From the human T2T-CHM13v2.0 reference genome, Homo sapiens, in the NCBI RefSeq assembly GCF_009914755.1, contig NC_060933.1: a DNA stretch of 64,000 bases. One strand, written 5' to 3'. Below are positions 1 to 13,829 of the stretch, piece after piece (position 1 is the stretch's first letter; each line of letters starts with the position of its first letter). The notes under the pieces were generated by a model. The model saw only the letters and a list, made by a program, of their open reading frames with translations, ran no database searches and was not told the DNA's origin. Position numbers and translations under genes: made by a program.

Positions 1-177
1 TGTCACATTTTGGTTGTCTATCAGTTGATAGATATTTGTGGTGCATTTAATTTTTGGCCAATGTGTAAAACTTATTTTGCTCTCATTGAGGCTACATACT
101 GTTACAACAATGCTATTTGGTCAACTTGACTGAGCTGGCCTCATAGGTTACAGGTTGTTCATTGTTAGAGATGAGAC

Positions 178-392
178 TTTAGACCAGACTGGACAACATA
201 GTGAGACCCTGTCTCTACCAAAAAGAAAAAGAAAAATTAGCCAGATGTAATGGCATATGACTGGAGTCCCAGCTACTTGGGAGGCTGAGATGGGAGGATC
301 ACTTGAGCCCAGGAGTTTAGGACTGCAGTGAGCTGTGATCGTGCCAATGCAATCCATGCTGGGCGACAGAGTGAGACCCTGTCTCAAAAAAC
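178..392 (+). mobile_element. 5'-truncated AluJ-type SINE
   Basis: Alu linker and right arm (ggatcacttgagcccaggag...gagaccctgtctcaaaaaa). Confidence 0.85.
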
Positions 393-1129
393 AGAAAGAG
401 GGATTTTAGTATAACATTCAGCCAGTGCCATATTGGGAACCCACAAGAATGTACTTTTAAAAATATGTCAAAGAAGATGGTGAGGGCTGTAATAGCTGCT
501 ATTCAGGCAGTAATGCAGTGCTGAAGGGACATCAAGCAAATAGTGTGATGCCTGTGGGTGCAATGTTACTCCTTCCCTTAGGTTGCCAAAAAAATCAATA
601 CTTCATAGCATTCCTGAAACAAAAAAGCTTATGAACCATTGTGTTTAGGGCGTAAGCTATCTATTTTGGGCTACCCATCACAGCTTCTCTCCTTTGGCAG
701 AATACAGTGAACTGAACCACCACACCTAAGGTATTTGCCTTATTTCTTCCTCAGCTGGTTCATGGTTACATTGTCAAAGCTGGCAAAGCATTCAAGACCT
801 GATTTCTCAGACCGAGTGTATGTGTGAATATAATATACTCATTTGCACAAATATAAACCCTCTGTCTTAACTGTGTTCTGCAAAAGGCGTGGTAAATACT
901 TTCAAGTTATATGTACTTATCAGTAGAACTAATGGAATACACACAGTATATTTTATGGGGAATTTCAGAGAAGGAAGGAAAAGTCAACCTTTTATTTGGC
1001 ATCAGGATAGTAGTAAAACATTCTACTTGTGCATCAGATAGATTTTTATGACCTAACCTGGACAAGTAACTTAACTCTTGGTGCCTCATGTTTGAAAGAG
1101 GGATAACACTCTACAGGGTCATTCTAAGA

Positions 1130-1930
1130 ATTACATATTGCCAAAACACATGAAAAGATTCTCAACCTTGTTAGTAATCAAGGAAATGCAAATGAAGATC
1201 ACAATGAAGTCTTCTTTTGTACTCAATTGATTGGTGAAAAATGCATGCCTGATAATATTGACATACAGACCAATGAGATCTCTTATAATTTGCTGGGAAA
1301 ATGTATCAATTTGTACAAACATTTTGAAAAATAATTGTGCATTTTCTTGTGAAGTAAAACATTTGAATAATCTAGGACCCAGCAATTCAACTCTTAGACA
1401 CTCAAGAGGAAGTTGCACACACATATGTCAGGAAAAATGTTCATAGCAGCCCTGTTCATAAGAGCAAAACCTGGAACAATTGAGAGGAAATGAATAAATT
1501 GCCGTGTAGCCACACAATAGAATACAAGACAGCAGTGATGCTGAAAAATATAGCAAGCCTCAGGAGTTTATATATTATATGGATAATTTTATGAAGCTCA
1601 AAAACACCCAAAATTAAACAACATATTCTCTAAGTACATACGTGGGATATGTGATAAAACTAAAAAGAAAACAGGGAAGGATCAGCAATCCAGAACCAAT
1701 TCATGACTGTTGTTACTATCTTATGGGGCAGGCTGTGGATTGGAAGCGGGGGCGGTGCACATAGGTACGTGTAGCTTACTGGTAATGCTTTTATGTTAGG
1801 AATGAGGTCAAAGGAGTTCACTATAAATTTATATTAGAAAGAAGGGCTATCTATGGATTAGTGATGAGAGTGTCATGCACCAGCAAATATGATTAATGAA
1901 CTTAGGTTACCTGAGGTCCAAATAAATAAT
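1130..1930 (+). mobile_element. Ancient L1M (L1ME-like) 3' fragment
   Basis: Degenerate L1 ORF2-end/3'UTR phrases (tagtaatcaaggaaatgcaaat; ccagcaattcaactcttag); boundaries approximate. Confidence 0.55.
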
Positions 1931-2313
1931 GAGAAAAAAGTAAATAAAAGTGATGCATGAATACTAAAAATTTGGAATTACATATATAATATGTAATAAT
2001 AAAAAAAGAAAAAATTGTCACTGGTTATCCTTCAGGTATAAAAATTACAATTAAAATTGTAATGTTATAACCTTCCATTCTTTCCCCTATGAATTAAAAC
2101 TTTTTTTTTTAACGAGACTAAAAAATCAAGTTGATAAAATCTATGCCCTGTGGGAACTGGTTAGGTCAGGCTACCCACTCCAGATTTCCAGCAGGCTGGC
2201 CTCAGCTCTACCTACAGCCAGTAGCTTATTAAGGCTCTAGGCGCCAGTGACACCTTCAGACAGGTGGTTAGTGCGCCCTAAGGACTCTCCGCAGCGTCGC
2301 TCAGGTTCACAGA

Positions 2314-2370
2314 ACACGCCCAGGGGCGTGTCCAGCTGTCGTCGGGGAGAGCCCACCTCCCCGGGGGGTG
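2314..2370. promoter_or_regulatory. Two ZTRE-like (zinc transcriptional regulatory element) palindromes
   Basis: ACACGCCC-AG-GGGCGTGT (2314-2331, perfect 8-bp arms) and CACCTCCC-C-GGGGGGTG (2354-2370, one mismatch); resemble the SLC30A5 ZTRE CACTCCC(CC)GGGAGTG as recalled. Confidence 0.6.
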
Positions 2371-2553
2371 TGGCTAAGGGACGAGGCAGTTCTCGTCCAG
2401 AGCCCAGGTAATCCGGGCGGGATCAGCTAGCGTCGCGATGTGATGACGTCAGGCCCCGGCCAGGCCGGGAGTGGCGTGCTGGGCGTGCGCGGCTGCGGTA
2501 CGGCGTGTTGGTCCCAGCGGTTCAGCTGAGGTAGGGACGTGCTGTAGGCCGGA

Positions 2554-2707
2554 ATGTTACCGGCTGTTGGATCTGTGGATGAGGAAGAGGATCCTGCGGA
2601 GGAGGATTGTCCTGAATTGGTTCCCATTGAGACGACGCAAAGCGAGGAGGAGGAAAAGTCTGGCCTCGGCGCCAAGATCCCAGTCACAATTATCACCGGG
2701 TATTTAG
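2554..2707 (+). CDS. ZNG1: ZNG1 exon 1 ([13 protein letters not shown]...CPELVPI...IITGYL)
   Basis: ATG 2554; METAP1-docking CPELVPI motif; GT donor at 2708. Confidence 0.97.
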
Positions 2708-5700
2708 GTAACTAACCATCCCAGTCACAAAATGCCGTGAACTCTGGTGTCATGGGATTTTGCGGGCTGCCGGTGCCTCTTCTCCTGAGGCATTGGGGCC
2801 TCATGATCAAGAGCAAATGTCTTTGAGGTAGGGGCTGGGTCACTTGCTTCTCGTATGGGTTACCTCTCATCTTGGGAGTTAATGATGCCCGGTCCCCTCT
2901 GCGTTAGATTCCCATTTCTCAAGTGAGATGGAAAGTTAGCCTTTGAAACAAGGCTTTGAAGCTAAGACACGCCCCCCTAATTGTCTCTGTGACCTCTTAC
3001 CAAGTTATCTTACCTTCCTGACGCTCATCTACCTCACCTGAAAATGGAAAAATACCTGTCACCTGTGAAATAGGGCCGGAACAACCTACCTATTGCCATT
3101 AAAGGATGTCCCGTCTGTAAAATGCCCGACACGTGGGGCTTTCGTCAGCAGATTCCCCTTCCCCAGGAGCCAAAGTCCTCCAGCCAGTTGGCAGGAAGTG
3201 CTCCTATCTTAAACACTTTTCTTTTGAGGTCTGTTTGTAAACCACTGCGTAGGAAGTAAGAATAAAATCTCTGTCCTCCAAGACTATTTCTCAAACTAAG
3301 AACGTTTAGAGTGTACAGGGATACTCGAAACCACAAGTTTGTGAACTTGGTAGTTTCGTGAAGGGCGGTTTATGCACTTACACTAGAAGTTTCTTACTGG
3401 AAAAGTTTGAGAAATATATTTTTAAACCTTACAGTTAAATAGAAGGGCTAGAACAAATATATGACTGTATTAGAAGTTTGGAAAAAGTTAAGAAATGTAA
3501 ATAAAATAATACTGTTTCCGGGAAATAATATTCCTAGTTGTTGCTAGAGACAGGTACAGACTTGGGCCACTTCGTGACCTTTTATGTAAAAATAAGAAAT
3601 AACTGCTTTTGTTTTTTTAAAAACTTTGTAGACTGTAAGTTTATTCCCGTTTTTTGCTCGGAAGTAATTTTATAAAGGAATTTATTTTTGGCGTTTCCCC
3701 ACAGTTATTCAGAGGCTGCTCTACTGAGAAGATGAACAAATTTCTTGTCCAAAACAATGTATTTCAAACGTGCCCCTCGGGCCTTTCCCGTGTTGCTCAC
3801 TGGTAGGTCAGTAGATCATTGGAGAAAATGATCTGAAGCTCAGGAGTGAGAATTAATACCAGCAACCTTGTTGCTGAATCTAGGGATAGTTTCACTCCTA
3901 TCCCTGACCATTTTCCCTTTTTGAAACACTGTTCCTTTGGCTTCTATTACATTTTTCTTCTGATTTTTCCACCTGCTTCTCTGGCTTCTTTTTAAGGCTC
4001 CCTCCTCCTTCCCCCTTTGTCCATCTTTAGCTACACACCTGTGTAATTTCTATTTTGATGTCCTACAACTTAAAACTTAACATGTCTGAAACTTCGTCTG
4101 TTACCATTCCCCCAAATCCTGCTTCTGTGATCCCAACCATTTGGAATACTCCAAAAGCCTCCTGACTAATCTGGAGTCTTGCTGCCCTTTAATTTATTCG
4201 TTGCATGTTAGCCTTAATGATCTTTATAAATGTCAATCCGACTGCGTCACACCTTTCAGTGGCGTCCCTATGGGTTAAAATTCAAATTCCTTAACATGAA
4301 TTACAAGGACCTGTAGGATCTGGATCTTGCCAACCTTTCCAGCCTGCCAAATTGGCCCCGCACAATAAACTAAGGTTACTTCAAAGGTGCCAAGTGTTTT
4401 AGCCCCTTGGAATAGGTACTTTTTTACTGTGACTCCTCTGGCTAGATGTCCCTCTTAGGTTCTCCATAGCATTTTGTGCATCTCCTATTGAATATGTCAC
4501 CCTGTGACATAATTGCCTCCTTATTCACTGAATTCCCCTCCATTCCCCCCTTCCCTTAATATTTCTAAGCTCTATGAAGGCAGAGACTATCTTGTTCACT
4601 TTTTCACCAAGGCCCAGCATAAATCTGTAACGTATTAGAAACCTTTGAATGAATGAACTATGTCTTAAAGTGTTTTTTTTTTTTTTTTCATAATATGGTT
4701 AAAAAGCCCTAGTAAATCTTCTCTTAGAAGATTTCTTACATTCACCCTTTCCTTTCAGTTTTCACATCACTGCCCTGTGAAACACTCATGTTCAGGGCCT
4801 CTGTCTCAGGCTTGGACTGGTTTTAAGATCTTCCTCATTGCCCTAAGTCTCTCTCTTCCATACTATACTTCATATTTTTGTGATGTTGAGCTTCCTAAAG
4901 TACTCTAAATATAAGCCTTCATCTCTTAAAAAGCTTTGAAAGGAATATGACCTAAAAGATATTAATACCCTAATACTCCGTAAAATCTTCCTAGTTGTAG
5001 GAAGATCTAGTTATATACTAGAAAACTTTATTTCAGAAGACATGTATAGCCTACATGTAAAAGTTTTTAGCAGCACTGTAATAGTAAAACACTGGAAACA
5101 AACCAAATGTCCAACAAAAAAAAAAAGATAAAGAAATGATATAGTCATACAATTGAACTACAATACTATGCAGTTAGGATTTTCTTTTTTTCCTCTATGA
5201 ATTTTAGTGTGTACGGTTCACAAGACTTTTTTTTCTACTGGAGATTGACATATTGGGTTTCATATGCCACCTGCTGGATAAAGTTGGTATAGCTTTATGA
5301 ATTTATCTTAACTGAACATTCTGTTCATTGTTGACACTACCTGGCTCTATTCCCCATTTCATAAAACCTTTTATAGATTGTTTAAAGCATACTATAAGTA
5401 GCCATATAGTCAGCCTGAAGTTGCGTCTCGTTAATGTTGAAATAAAAGGTCACTATAAATAAAAGATTGTGTGTCAATTTTAGGGAAGGTTAGGCTAGGT
5501 TGAAGAAACTGTTTCAACTTGTAGGAGTGTTTGTAAATATTTATAAAATTTTATGTCTACATAAAGTATTTTGCAACAGGTTTCAAAGGATGCTTTAATC
5601 TTATCCTCTAGGATATTCTATACTAAAATAATATATGAAAAATAGCATGCAAATTCTCAAAAACGTTAGGATTCTTTATATGTTTTTTGTATCTTTAAAA

Positions 5701-5741
5701 TTATTTTGAATTTTTTTATTTACAAAAAATATGTTTTATAG

Positions 5742-5828
5742 GTGCTGGGAAGACAACACTTCTGAACTATATTTTGACAGAGCAACATAGTAAAAGAGTA
5801 GCGGTCATTTTAAATGAATCTGGGGAAG
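5742..5828 (+). CDS. ZNG1: ZNG1 exon 2 ([29 protein letters not shown])
   Basis: AG/GT bounded, Walker A. Confidence 0.97.
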
Positions 5829-6105
5829 GTAAGTAAAGTTCAATAAATGTCATGTTGCAAGATTTTGTGTGACTGTTTATTCCTCTGGTGAATTGATATT
5901 CCATATTTAAAAATGAAAATGCAAGGTATTGTATTGATGTGGATAGCTTTAGAAAAATTAGATTAATTTCTGTTAAGATTTATATGGGTTGAGATACTGA
6001 AATTAGTTTTAATAAAATTTTATTTTGTATAACTTTGGAATTCTTATTAACAGAATTAAACTACATTTTTACATGAAATAAATGACTCCAGAAGTAAAAA
6101 TCTAG

Positions 6106-6429
<324 letters not shown>

Positions 6430-7369
6430 AAAAAATGTCTTTTTTAGGAATTAGAAAGGCAGTTTTGTATGGACTCTATTGCAACTCATGAAAAATATTT
6501 GAAAATGCTTCTGTTATTAGTTAACTTTGTTTAATGTTTATTATCTGCAATGCAGTTAAAACTCAATATTTTAAAAAGAAAGTAAACATATGGTCTTTAT
6601 CCTCATGTATTTTATCTGTGAAAATAAGTGTGCTTAACTTCTCAACTCAAATATTAAACTGTAGTAAAAAAAAATAGCTCTAGACACAATACTTCTGTTA
6701 TCTTTATAGGAGTTTTTCTTCATAAGTATGAATTGTAATCAAAGCTCACTTCTAGCCAAAAAACAATATCTATTAGACGATTTCTTTTAAAATGTACTAT
6801 TTTTTTCAGTTGTAAAAAGTAAAAGAGCTAGGTTTTATGAACAGGATGGGAAGCCAGTTATATTCCAGTTATATTCGATTTCTGATTTTAATAAACTAAA
6901 GAGAAAAGTGCTTTTTAGGCAAAAATCCTGAGATTTCTAATAACAGACTGTTTTTTTCATCATCTTATTAAATAACCTATTGCACACTGATTACATTTAT
7001 TCTTACTATTTTCTTTATTTTTTCCTGGATCATTTTCACAATTTTATTTTTCACAGCATTGTCAATACTTTTCTTCATGTTTCATTAATGTTCTGTATAT
7101 AGTCCGAATTCTGTAGCAACCTCTTTAGAAGCTCTTTATTAATACCTAGCTGAAATATAAAAAATATGTAAGTGTAAAACTACTCGATTTTATGGGAGCT
7201 CATTTGCTTAGTGGACTTTTAGAACTTCACCGTTTGGTATATTTCTTTATTAGAGGAAAAGTAAAACATTTAAAATAATTCTTATAGATAACAAGCATTT
7301 CAAATATAGTTTATTCTTTCTTAAGTAAGTATTGCTAGGAAAATATGTGAATTTGACTAAAAGTTTAGG

Positions 7370-7623
7370 TTTTTTTTTTTTTGAGATGGAGTCTCGCTGT
7401 GTTGCCCAGGCTGGAGTGCAGTGGCACAGTCTCGGGTCACTGCAACCTCCGCCTCCCGGGTTCACGCCATTCTCCTGCCTCAGCCGCCTGAGTAGCTGGG
7501 ACTACAGGCGCCCGCTACCACACCTGGCTAATTTTTTGTAATTTTAGTAGAGATGAGGTTTCATTGTGTTAGCGAGGGTGGTCTCGATCTCCTGACCTCG
7601 TTATCCGCCCGCCTTGGCCTCCC
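7370..7623 (-). mobile_element. AluY-like, 5'-truncated
   Basis: cacgccattc and gtctcgatctcc diagnostics. Confidence 0.88.
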
Positions 7624-8144
7624 TATAAGTTTAATTTTTAAATGAGCACATGGTACACTGGCCAAAAACCTTCCTCAGGATGAACTAGGGTTTTTACTCA
7701 TTGGGAATATTCAGCAGTTAGTCTAACAGAAACAATTTAGAAGAAGAATGAAAAGAAAAAGATAAGGCAGTCTCTTAAGAGGTTGAAGGGCATACAGAAT
7801 CCAGTATATAAAACATACTAGTCGATTTAGAAAGTTTACCCTGGACAAGAAAAAAATGCCTTCATTAAGAAATGGGGGTGGCCAAGTAAGAGGCCTAAGG
7901 AGGAAGTAGGTATGTTTATCAGTTTAGGATGTGTCTTTTTCAGGGCTTAAGACATCTTAAATAAAAGCTAAAATAATGTAGTGTACTGTAATTTAGGTAT
8001 CAAGGCTGCATGAATAAAGTGAAAGAATATAAGTTATAAAATGCAGTTTCTGCTTTAAGATCTCCATTATTGAGTTATCCTCATCTTTGTTTTTTGTTGG
8101 CTAATGGACATAAGCTAAAGAGTGCTGTTTGTTATTTATTCTAG

Positions 8145-8241
8145 GAAGTGCGCTGGAGAAATCCTTAGCTGTCAGCCAAGGTGGAGAGCTCTATGAAGAG
8201 TGGCTGGAACTTAGAAACGGTTGCCTCTGCTGTTCAGTGAA
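8145..8241 (+). CDS. ZNG1: ZNG1 exon 3 (GSALEKS...[10 protein letters not shown])
   Basis: AG/GT bounded, CxCC zinc-binding motif. Confidence 0.97.
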
Positions 8242-9336
8242 GTGAGGAATGTGTTTACTGTGTACATGGTTTACTAGAAATGTTTATTGATTATATTTCC
8301 AGCTTTAATTTTCTTGAGTAATTTAACTGAATTTACACAGTTTGCTTCATTGTATTTTCAAACAAATAGAAAATAAACTTATTAGGAAGCATTTTCTTAA
8401 AGTGTTTCTTGCTGTCTTTTCTATCTGCTCTAATGTTTTGGTCCTTTTATTGAGTTTTTATTGCTTTTGATGTCAGGGCTTATTTAATCTCTAGTGCATG
8501 AAAGTCTCATATGTAAAAAATGATTATTCTGAATTTAATCTGTCATTGGTCATACTTCTAAGTGTTCAACCTTATAAAAAAAAATGACTATCAAAAAAGA
8601 AAAACCTTACATTATGTTCTAGTAGTTAAGTTTCCAAGGACAGTGATCACTAGTCTACCATAGACCCTAGAAGAGTTACCCAACACATAGTAGCACTCAA
8701 ATATTTGTTGAATGAATTATAAAAATGACTACTTGTATTGTTAATTTTGTGTATTCTAGTGAATTAAATCTCTTCGGCATCATTTACTCCCTTAGGTATT
8801 TGACTTTGTGTCAAATGTTTTGGCAAGGATAAAATTATAACAGACTTTCTTGAACAACCAAAATGTAATCTATTAAGGATTTTCCTTCACTTTTGATAAA
8901 ATAAGAAAAAAGGAATTTAAAACCTTGCATCCTAATGTAAAATAGAATTATATGGTGTTTAATATCAGTGTCCCTTTAGCTATTATATTAAACTACTATA
9001 GTTAATAAATTTTATCATTATTTTGTATGTTGGTTTTTAAAAATTTCATAAAGCTATAAAAAGATACTTGGTCAGATAAAGTTTCCTCTGCTTTTAATTT
9101 TAATAAAGTATTATTATGTATATGATTTCTTTTTACCTATTATATATATGCATCTATTGTTTTCTCACTGGTAAATATGGGACAGACATTTTGTTAGAAG
9201 GTTAGAAGTGAGTTAAATTTTCACATTCCTAAGGATACTTTTGTCTCGGGTTGTTGAATACATTTTAAAGTGTTTATAATAATCACTTCAAAATATTTAG
9301 GTAATTAACTGTAAATTATGTTTTGGTATTCTCCAG

Positions 9337-9428
9337 GGACAATGGCCTTAGAGCTATTGAGAATTTGATGCAAAAGAAGGGGAAATTTGATTACATACTG
9401 TTAGAGACCACTGGATTAGCAGACCCTG
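9337..9428 (+). CDS. ZNG1: ZNG1 exon 4 ([12 protein letters not shown]...[10 protein letters not shown])
   Basis: AG/GT bounded, G3 ExxG motif. Confidence 0.97.
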
Positions 9429-9743
9429 GTAAGAAGTGAGATTATTAATAACCAGAATATAGTTCTGTGATATATTGTAAATAGATGTATTAGAGGAATA
9501 TCTAAAATGAGTATTAAAGCTTTTGTTAGTATTAAACCAAAAACTTTTTTTGGTTTAAAAGAGGAAAAGTACTCGGTTGTCATTTTCTTTGGCAGTTGAA
9601 TGAATGATCAGAGTATTTCTTGGTGCTTTTAAGCTGTTAATAGAATTGGAAGTTTTATTGATTGATTTAGGATTATTTGTAAGAACAGAAGTTGTTAAAA
9701 ATAAGGACATGTAGGAAGAGCAGAGACGTTCTACTTCTAAGTA

Positions 9744-9970
9744 CAGTTGTCCCTTGGCATCCATGGCGTATTAGTTCCAGAACCTCTGAGGATACCAAAA
9801 TCTATTAATGTTCAAGTCCCTTACATAAAATGGTGTAGTATTTGCCTATAACCTATGCACATCCTCCCATATACTTTAAATCATCTGTAGATTACTTATA
9901 ATACCTAATACAATGTAAGTGCTGTGTAAGTAGTTATTATACTGCATTGATAAGGTAATCATGACAAGAA
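9744..9970. mobile_element. MER2 (TcMar-Tigger family) fragment
   Basis: TA-cagttgtcccttggcatccatgg...ttacataaaatggtgtagtatttgc matches recalled MER2 consensus. Confidence 0.75.
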
Positions 9971-10758
9971 ACTCTAAACTCTACTATGGAAAGCTACACA
10001 GAGTCAACCTGTTTCTCACAATGGGTTTCTGTTACCTTCTTACCAAGCTCTAATTCTTGATAAAGTCTGCTTATTTTCCCCAAATAACTTTTAGATAAAA
10101 TCTTTATTTTCAGTTTGCATAAAAGTTAGTGCTTATTCTGTGAATCTGACCCATACCATTATTTTCTTTTTGATCTGGGTCTCTGGCATTGGGGCGATTT
10201 GTAAAACTATATTAAAGTATTTGGGGGTAATTTACTAAACAGGTCATAGTTGTCCAAAAGAAATATTGAAGTATCCTGAGAGTTCAAATGTGATCAGTGG
10301 TTATTGTACTTAAAACAATTACGTAGTAACATCATCCCCATGTTTTCAAAGTAGTATTGAATTAGGCTATTTTGGTCCTTATAGTAGGCATGGGTTTTCA
10401 TACCTTTCTGATAAATCTGACTGATGATAGGACTTGGACTAATATGTTGGCGTTAAATATTATTTGAATCTGGTAAGAAAGAAAAATATATTGTATGCTT
10501 TTATTAGAAATAGCAAATATCAGTTTATTTCATCATAGCCAGTTTTGCCATTTTATAGACAAAAACTTGATACTTTTGAGAGTTTAATTAAACACTATTC
10601 AACTTTTCAGAGGAAGAAAGAAAAACTAAAGATCACAGAGAAAGCTTTTATACAAATTGTAGTTATAAAAAATGTTAATGTTTCTTGCTTCTAACTTTCT
10701 TTACAATAAAGATTTTATTGTTTGGGTAAAGATGGAACATTCATTGTAAAAAAATTTA

Positions 10759-11163
<405 letters not shown>

Positions 11164-11197
11164 AGTAGGTAAATTTTATTCCAGGGATCTCTCTATG

Positions 11198-11358
11198 CCA
11201 GTGCTACTTGGTAGTATGTTGAATGGCAGCCTCAGCCTCAGCTGGGAGCTTGTTAGAAATGCAAATTCTTGACCAACCCAGATCTACTGAATCGGAATCT
11301 CTAAGGGAGGGGGTCAAGCAAGCTGTTTTTAATAAGCCCTTCAGGTGATTCTTATACT
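11198..11358. mobile_element. MER5A (hAT-Charlie MITE)
   Basis: gggagcttgttagaaatgcaaattct...tactgaatcggaatct...aagcccttcaggtgattct. Confidence 0.8.
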
Positions 11359-11482
11359 GTACAGCCATACCGCAGGGATATTGTGGGCTTAGTTCCATAT
11401 CACTGCAGTAAACTGAATATCACAATAGAGTGAGTCACACACATTTTTTTGTTTCCCATTGCATATAAAAGTTATGCGTTTT

Positions 11483-11635
11483 GGCCGGGTGTGATGTGAC
11501 AGGCCTGTAGTCCCAGCTACTTGGATCACTTGAGCTCAGGAGTTTGAGGCTGCAGTGAGTCATGATTGCACCACCGCACTCCAGCCTGGATGACAGCATG
11601 AGACCCCATTTCTTAAAAAAAAAAAAAAAAAAAAA
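11483..11635 (+). mobile_element. Alu monomer (FRAM/FLAM-like) inserted in Tigger1
   Basis: Monomer, poly-A, and aaaag(t/c)t(a/g)tg flanks. Confidence 0.8.
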
Positions 11636-12941
11636 GCTGTGTTTATACTATACTGTAGTCTATAAAATGTGTAATAGAATTGTCTAAAAAACATACATAC
11701 CTTAATTAAAAATATTTATTGCTAAAAAATGCTAACGATCATCTCAGCTTTCAGCAAGTCATAATCTTTTTGCTGGTAGAGGGTCTTGCCACAATGTTGA
11801 TGGGTGCTGACCAATCAGGGTAGTAGTTACTGAAGGTTGGGGTGGCTATCGCAATTTCATAAGATAATAATGAAGTTTGCTGCATTAGTTGACTCTCCCT
11901 TTCATAAAAGATGTCTCTATAGCACATGATGCTATTTGATAGCATTTTACCCACAGTATGACTTCTTTCAAAATTGGAGTCAGTCCTCTCAAACCCTGCT
12001 TTATCAATTAAGCTTCTGTCATATTTTAAATCCTTTGTTGTCATTTTGACAGTGTTCATAGCATCTTCACCAGGAGTAGATTCCATCTCAAGAAACCACG
12101 TTCTTTTCCCGTCCATAAGAAACAACTTCTCATTAGTTAAAGTTTTCTTATGAGATTGCAGGAATTGAGTCACATCTTCAGACTCCCCTTCTAATTCTAG
12201 TTCTCTTACTGTTTCCACCATATCTGCAGTTATTTCCTCCGTTGAAGTCTGAAATCCCTCAAAGTCATCTGTGAGGGCTGGAATCATCTTTCAAACTCCT
12301 ATTCATGTTGATACTTTGATCTCCCATGAATCACGAATGTTCTTAATGGCATCTAGAATGATGAATCCTTTCCAGAAGGTTTTCAATTTACTTTGCCTAG
12401 ATCCATCAGAGGAATCACTATCTATGGTAGCTATAGCCTTATGAAATATATTTCTTAAATAAGACTTAAAAGTCAAAGTTACTCCTTGATCAGTGGGCTG
12501 CAGAATGGATGTTGTGTTAGCAGGCATGAAAACAACATTAATCTCCTTGTACATCTCCATCACAGCTCTTGGGTGATCAGGTGTGTTGTCAATGAGCAAT
12601 AATATTTTGAAGGAATCTTTTTTTTTCTAAGCAGTAGATCTCAATGGTGGGCTTAAAATAAACCATGCTGTAAACAGATGTGCTGTCATCTAGGCTTTAT
12701 TATTTATAGAAAACAGGCAGAGGAGATTTAGCATAATTCTTAATGGCCCTAGAATTTTCAGGATGGTAAATGATTATTGGCTTCAACTTGAAGTCACCAG
12801 CTGCTTTAGCCTCTAACAAGAGAGTCAGCCTGTCCTTTGAATCTTTGAAGCCAGGCATTGACTTCTCTATAGCTATGAAAGTCCTAAATGGCATCTTCTT
12901 CCAAAAGGAGGCCATTTCATCTCCATTAAAAATCTGTTGCT

Positions 12942-13260
<319 letters not shown>

Positions 13261-13829
13261 TTAGTGTAGCTACTTTCATGAATGATGTTAGCTACATCTT
13301 CTAGGTAGTTTACTACAGCTTCTATATCAGCATTTGCTGCTTTCCCTTGCACTTTTATGTTATGGAGATGGCTTCTTTCTTTAAATCTTGTGAACCAACC
13401 TCTGCTACCTTCCAACTTTTCTTCTCTAGCTTCCTCACCTCTCTCAGCCTTCATAGAACTGAAGAGAGTTAGGGTTGCTCTGAATTAGGCTTTGGCTTAA
13501 GGGAACATTGTGGCTTGTTTGATCATCTATCCAGACCACTTCATATCAGCAATAAGGCTGTTTTATTATCATTTGTGTGTTTACTGGAGTAGCACTTTTA
13601 ATTTCCTTCAAGAACTTTTCCTTTGCATTCACAACTTAGCTAACTGGCTCAAGAGACCTAGCTTTTGGCGTATCTTGGCTTTCAACATAACTTCCTCACT
13701 AAGCATAATCATTTCTAGCTCTTGATTTAAAGTGAGAAACAGGTGACTGTTCCTTTCACTTGAACACTTAGAGGCCATTGTAGGATATTAATTGGCCTAG
13801 TTTCGTGTTGATCATATTCTTTATGTTGT

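Larger units (their letters stand above)
2270..2780 (+). promoter_or_regulatory. CpG-island promoter of ZNG1/CBWD: GC box GGGCGG 2415-2420, palindromic CRE TGACGTCA 2444-2451, MRE-core TGCGCCC 2272-2278
   Basis: CpG/GC-rich stretch overlapping coding exon 1; motifs read directly. Confidence 0.8.

Noticed and set aside
2431-2440. cgTCGCGAtg as a BANP (TCTCGCGAGA) motif
   Set aside because: Only the 6-bp core matches; flanks differ from consensus
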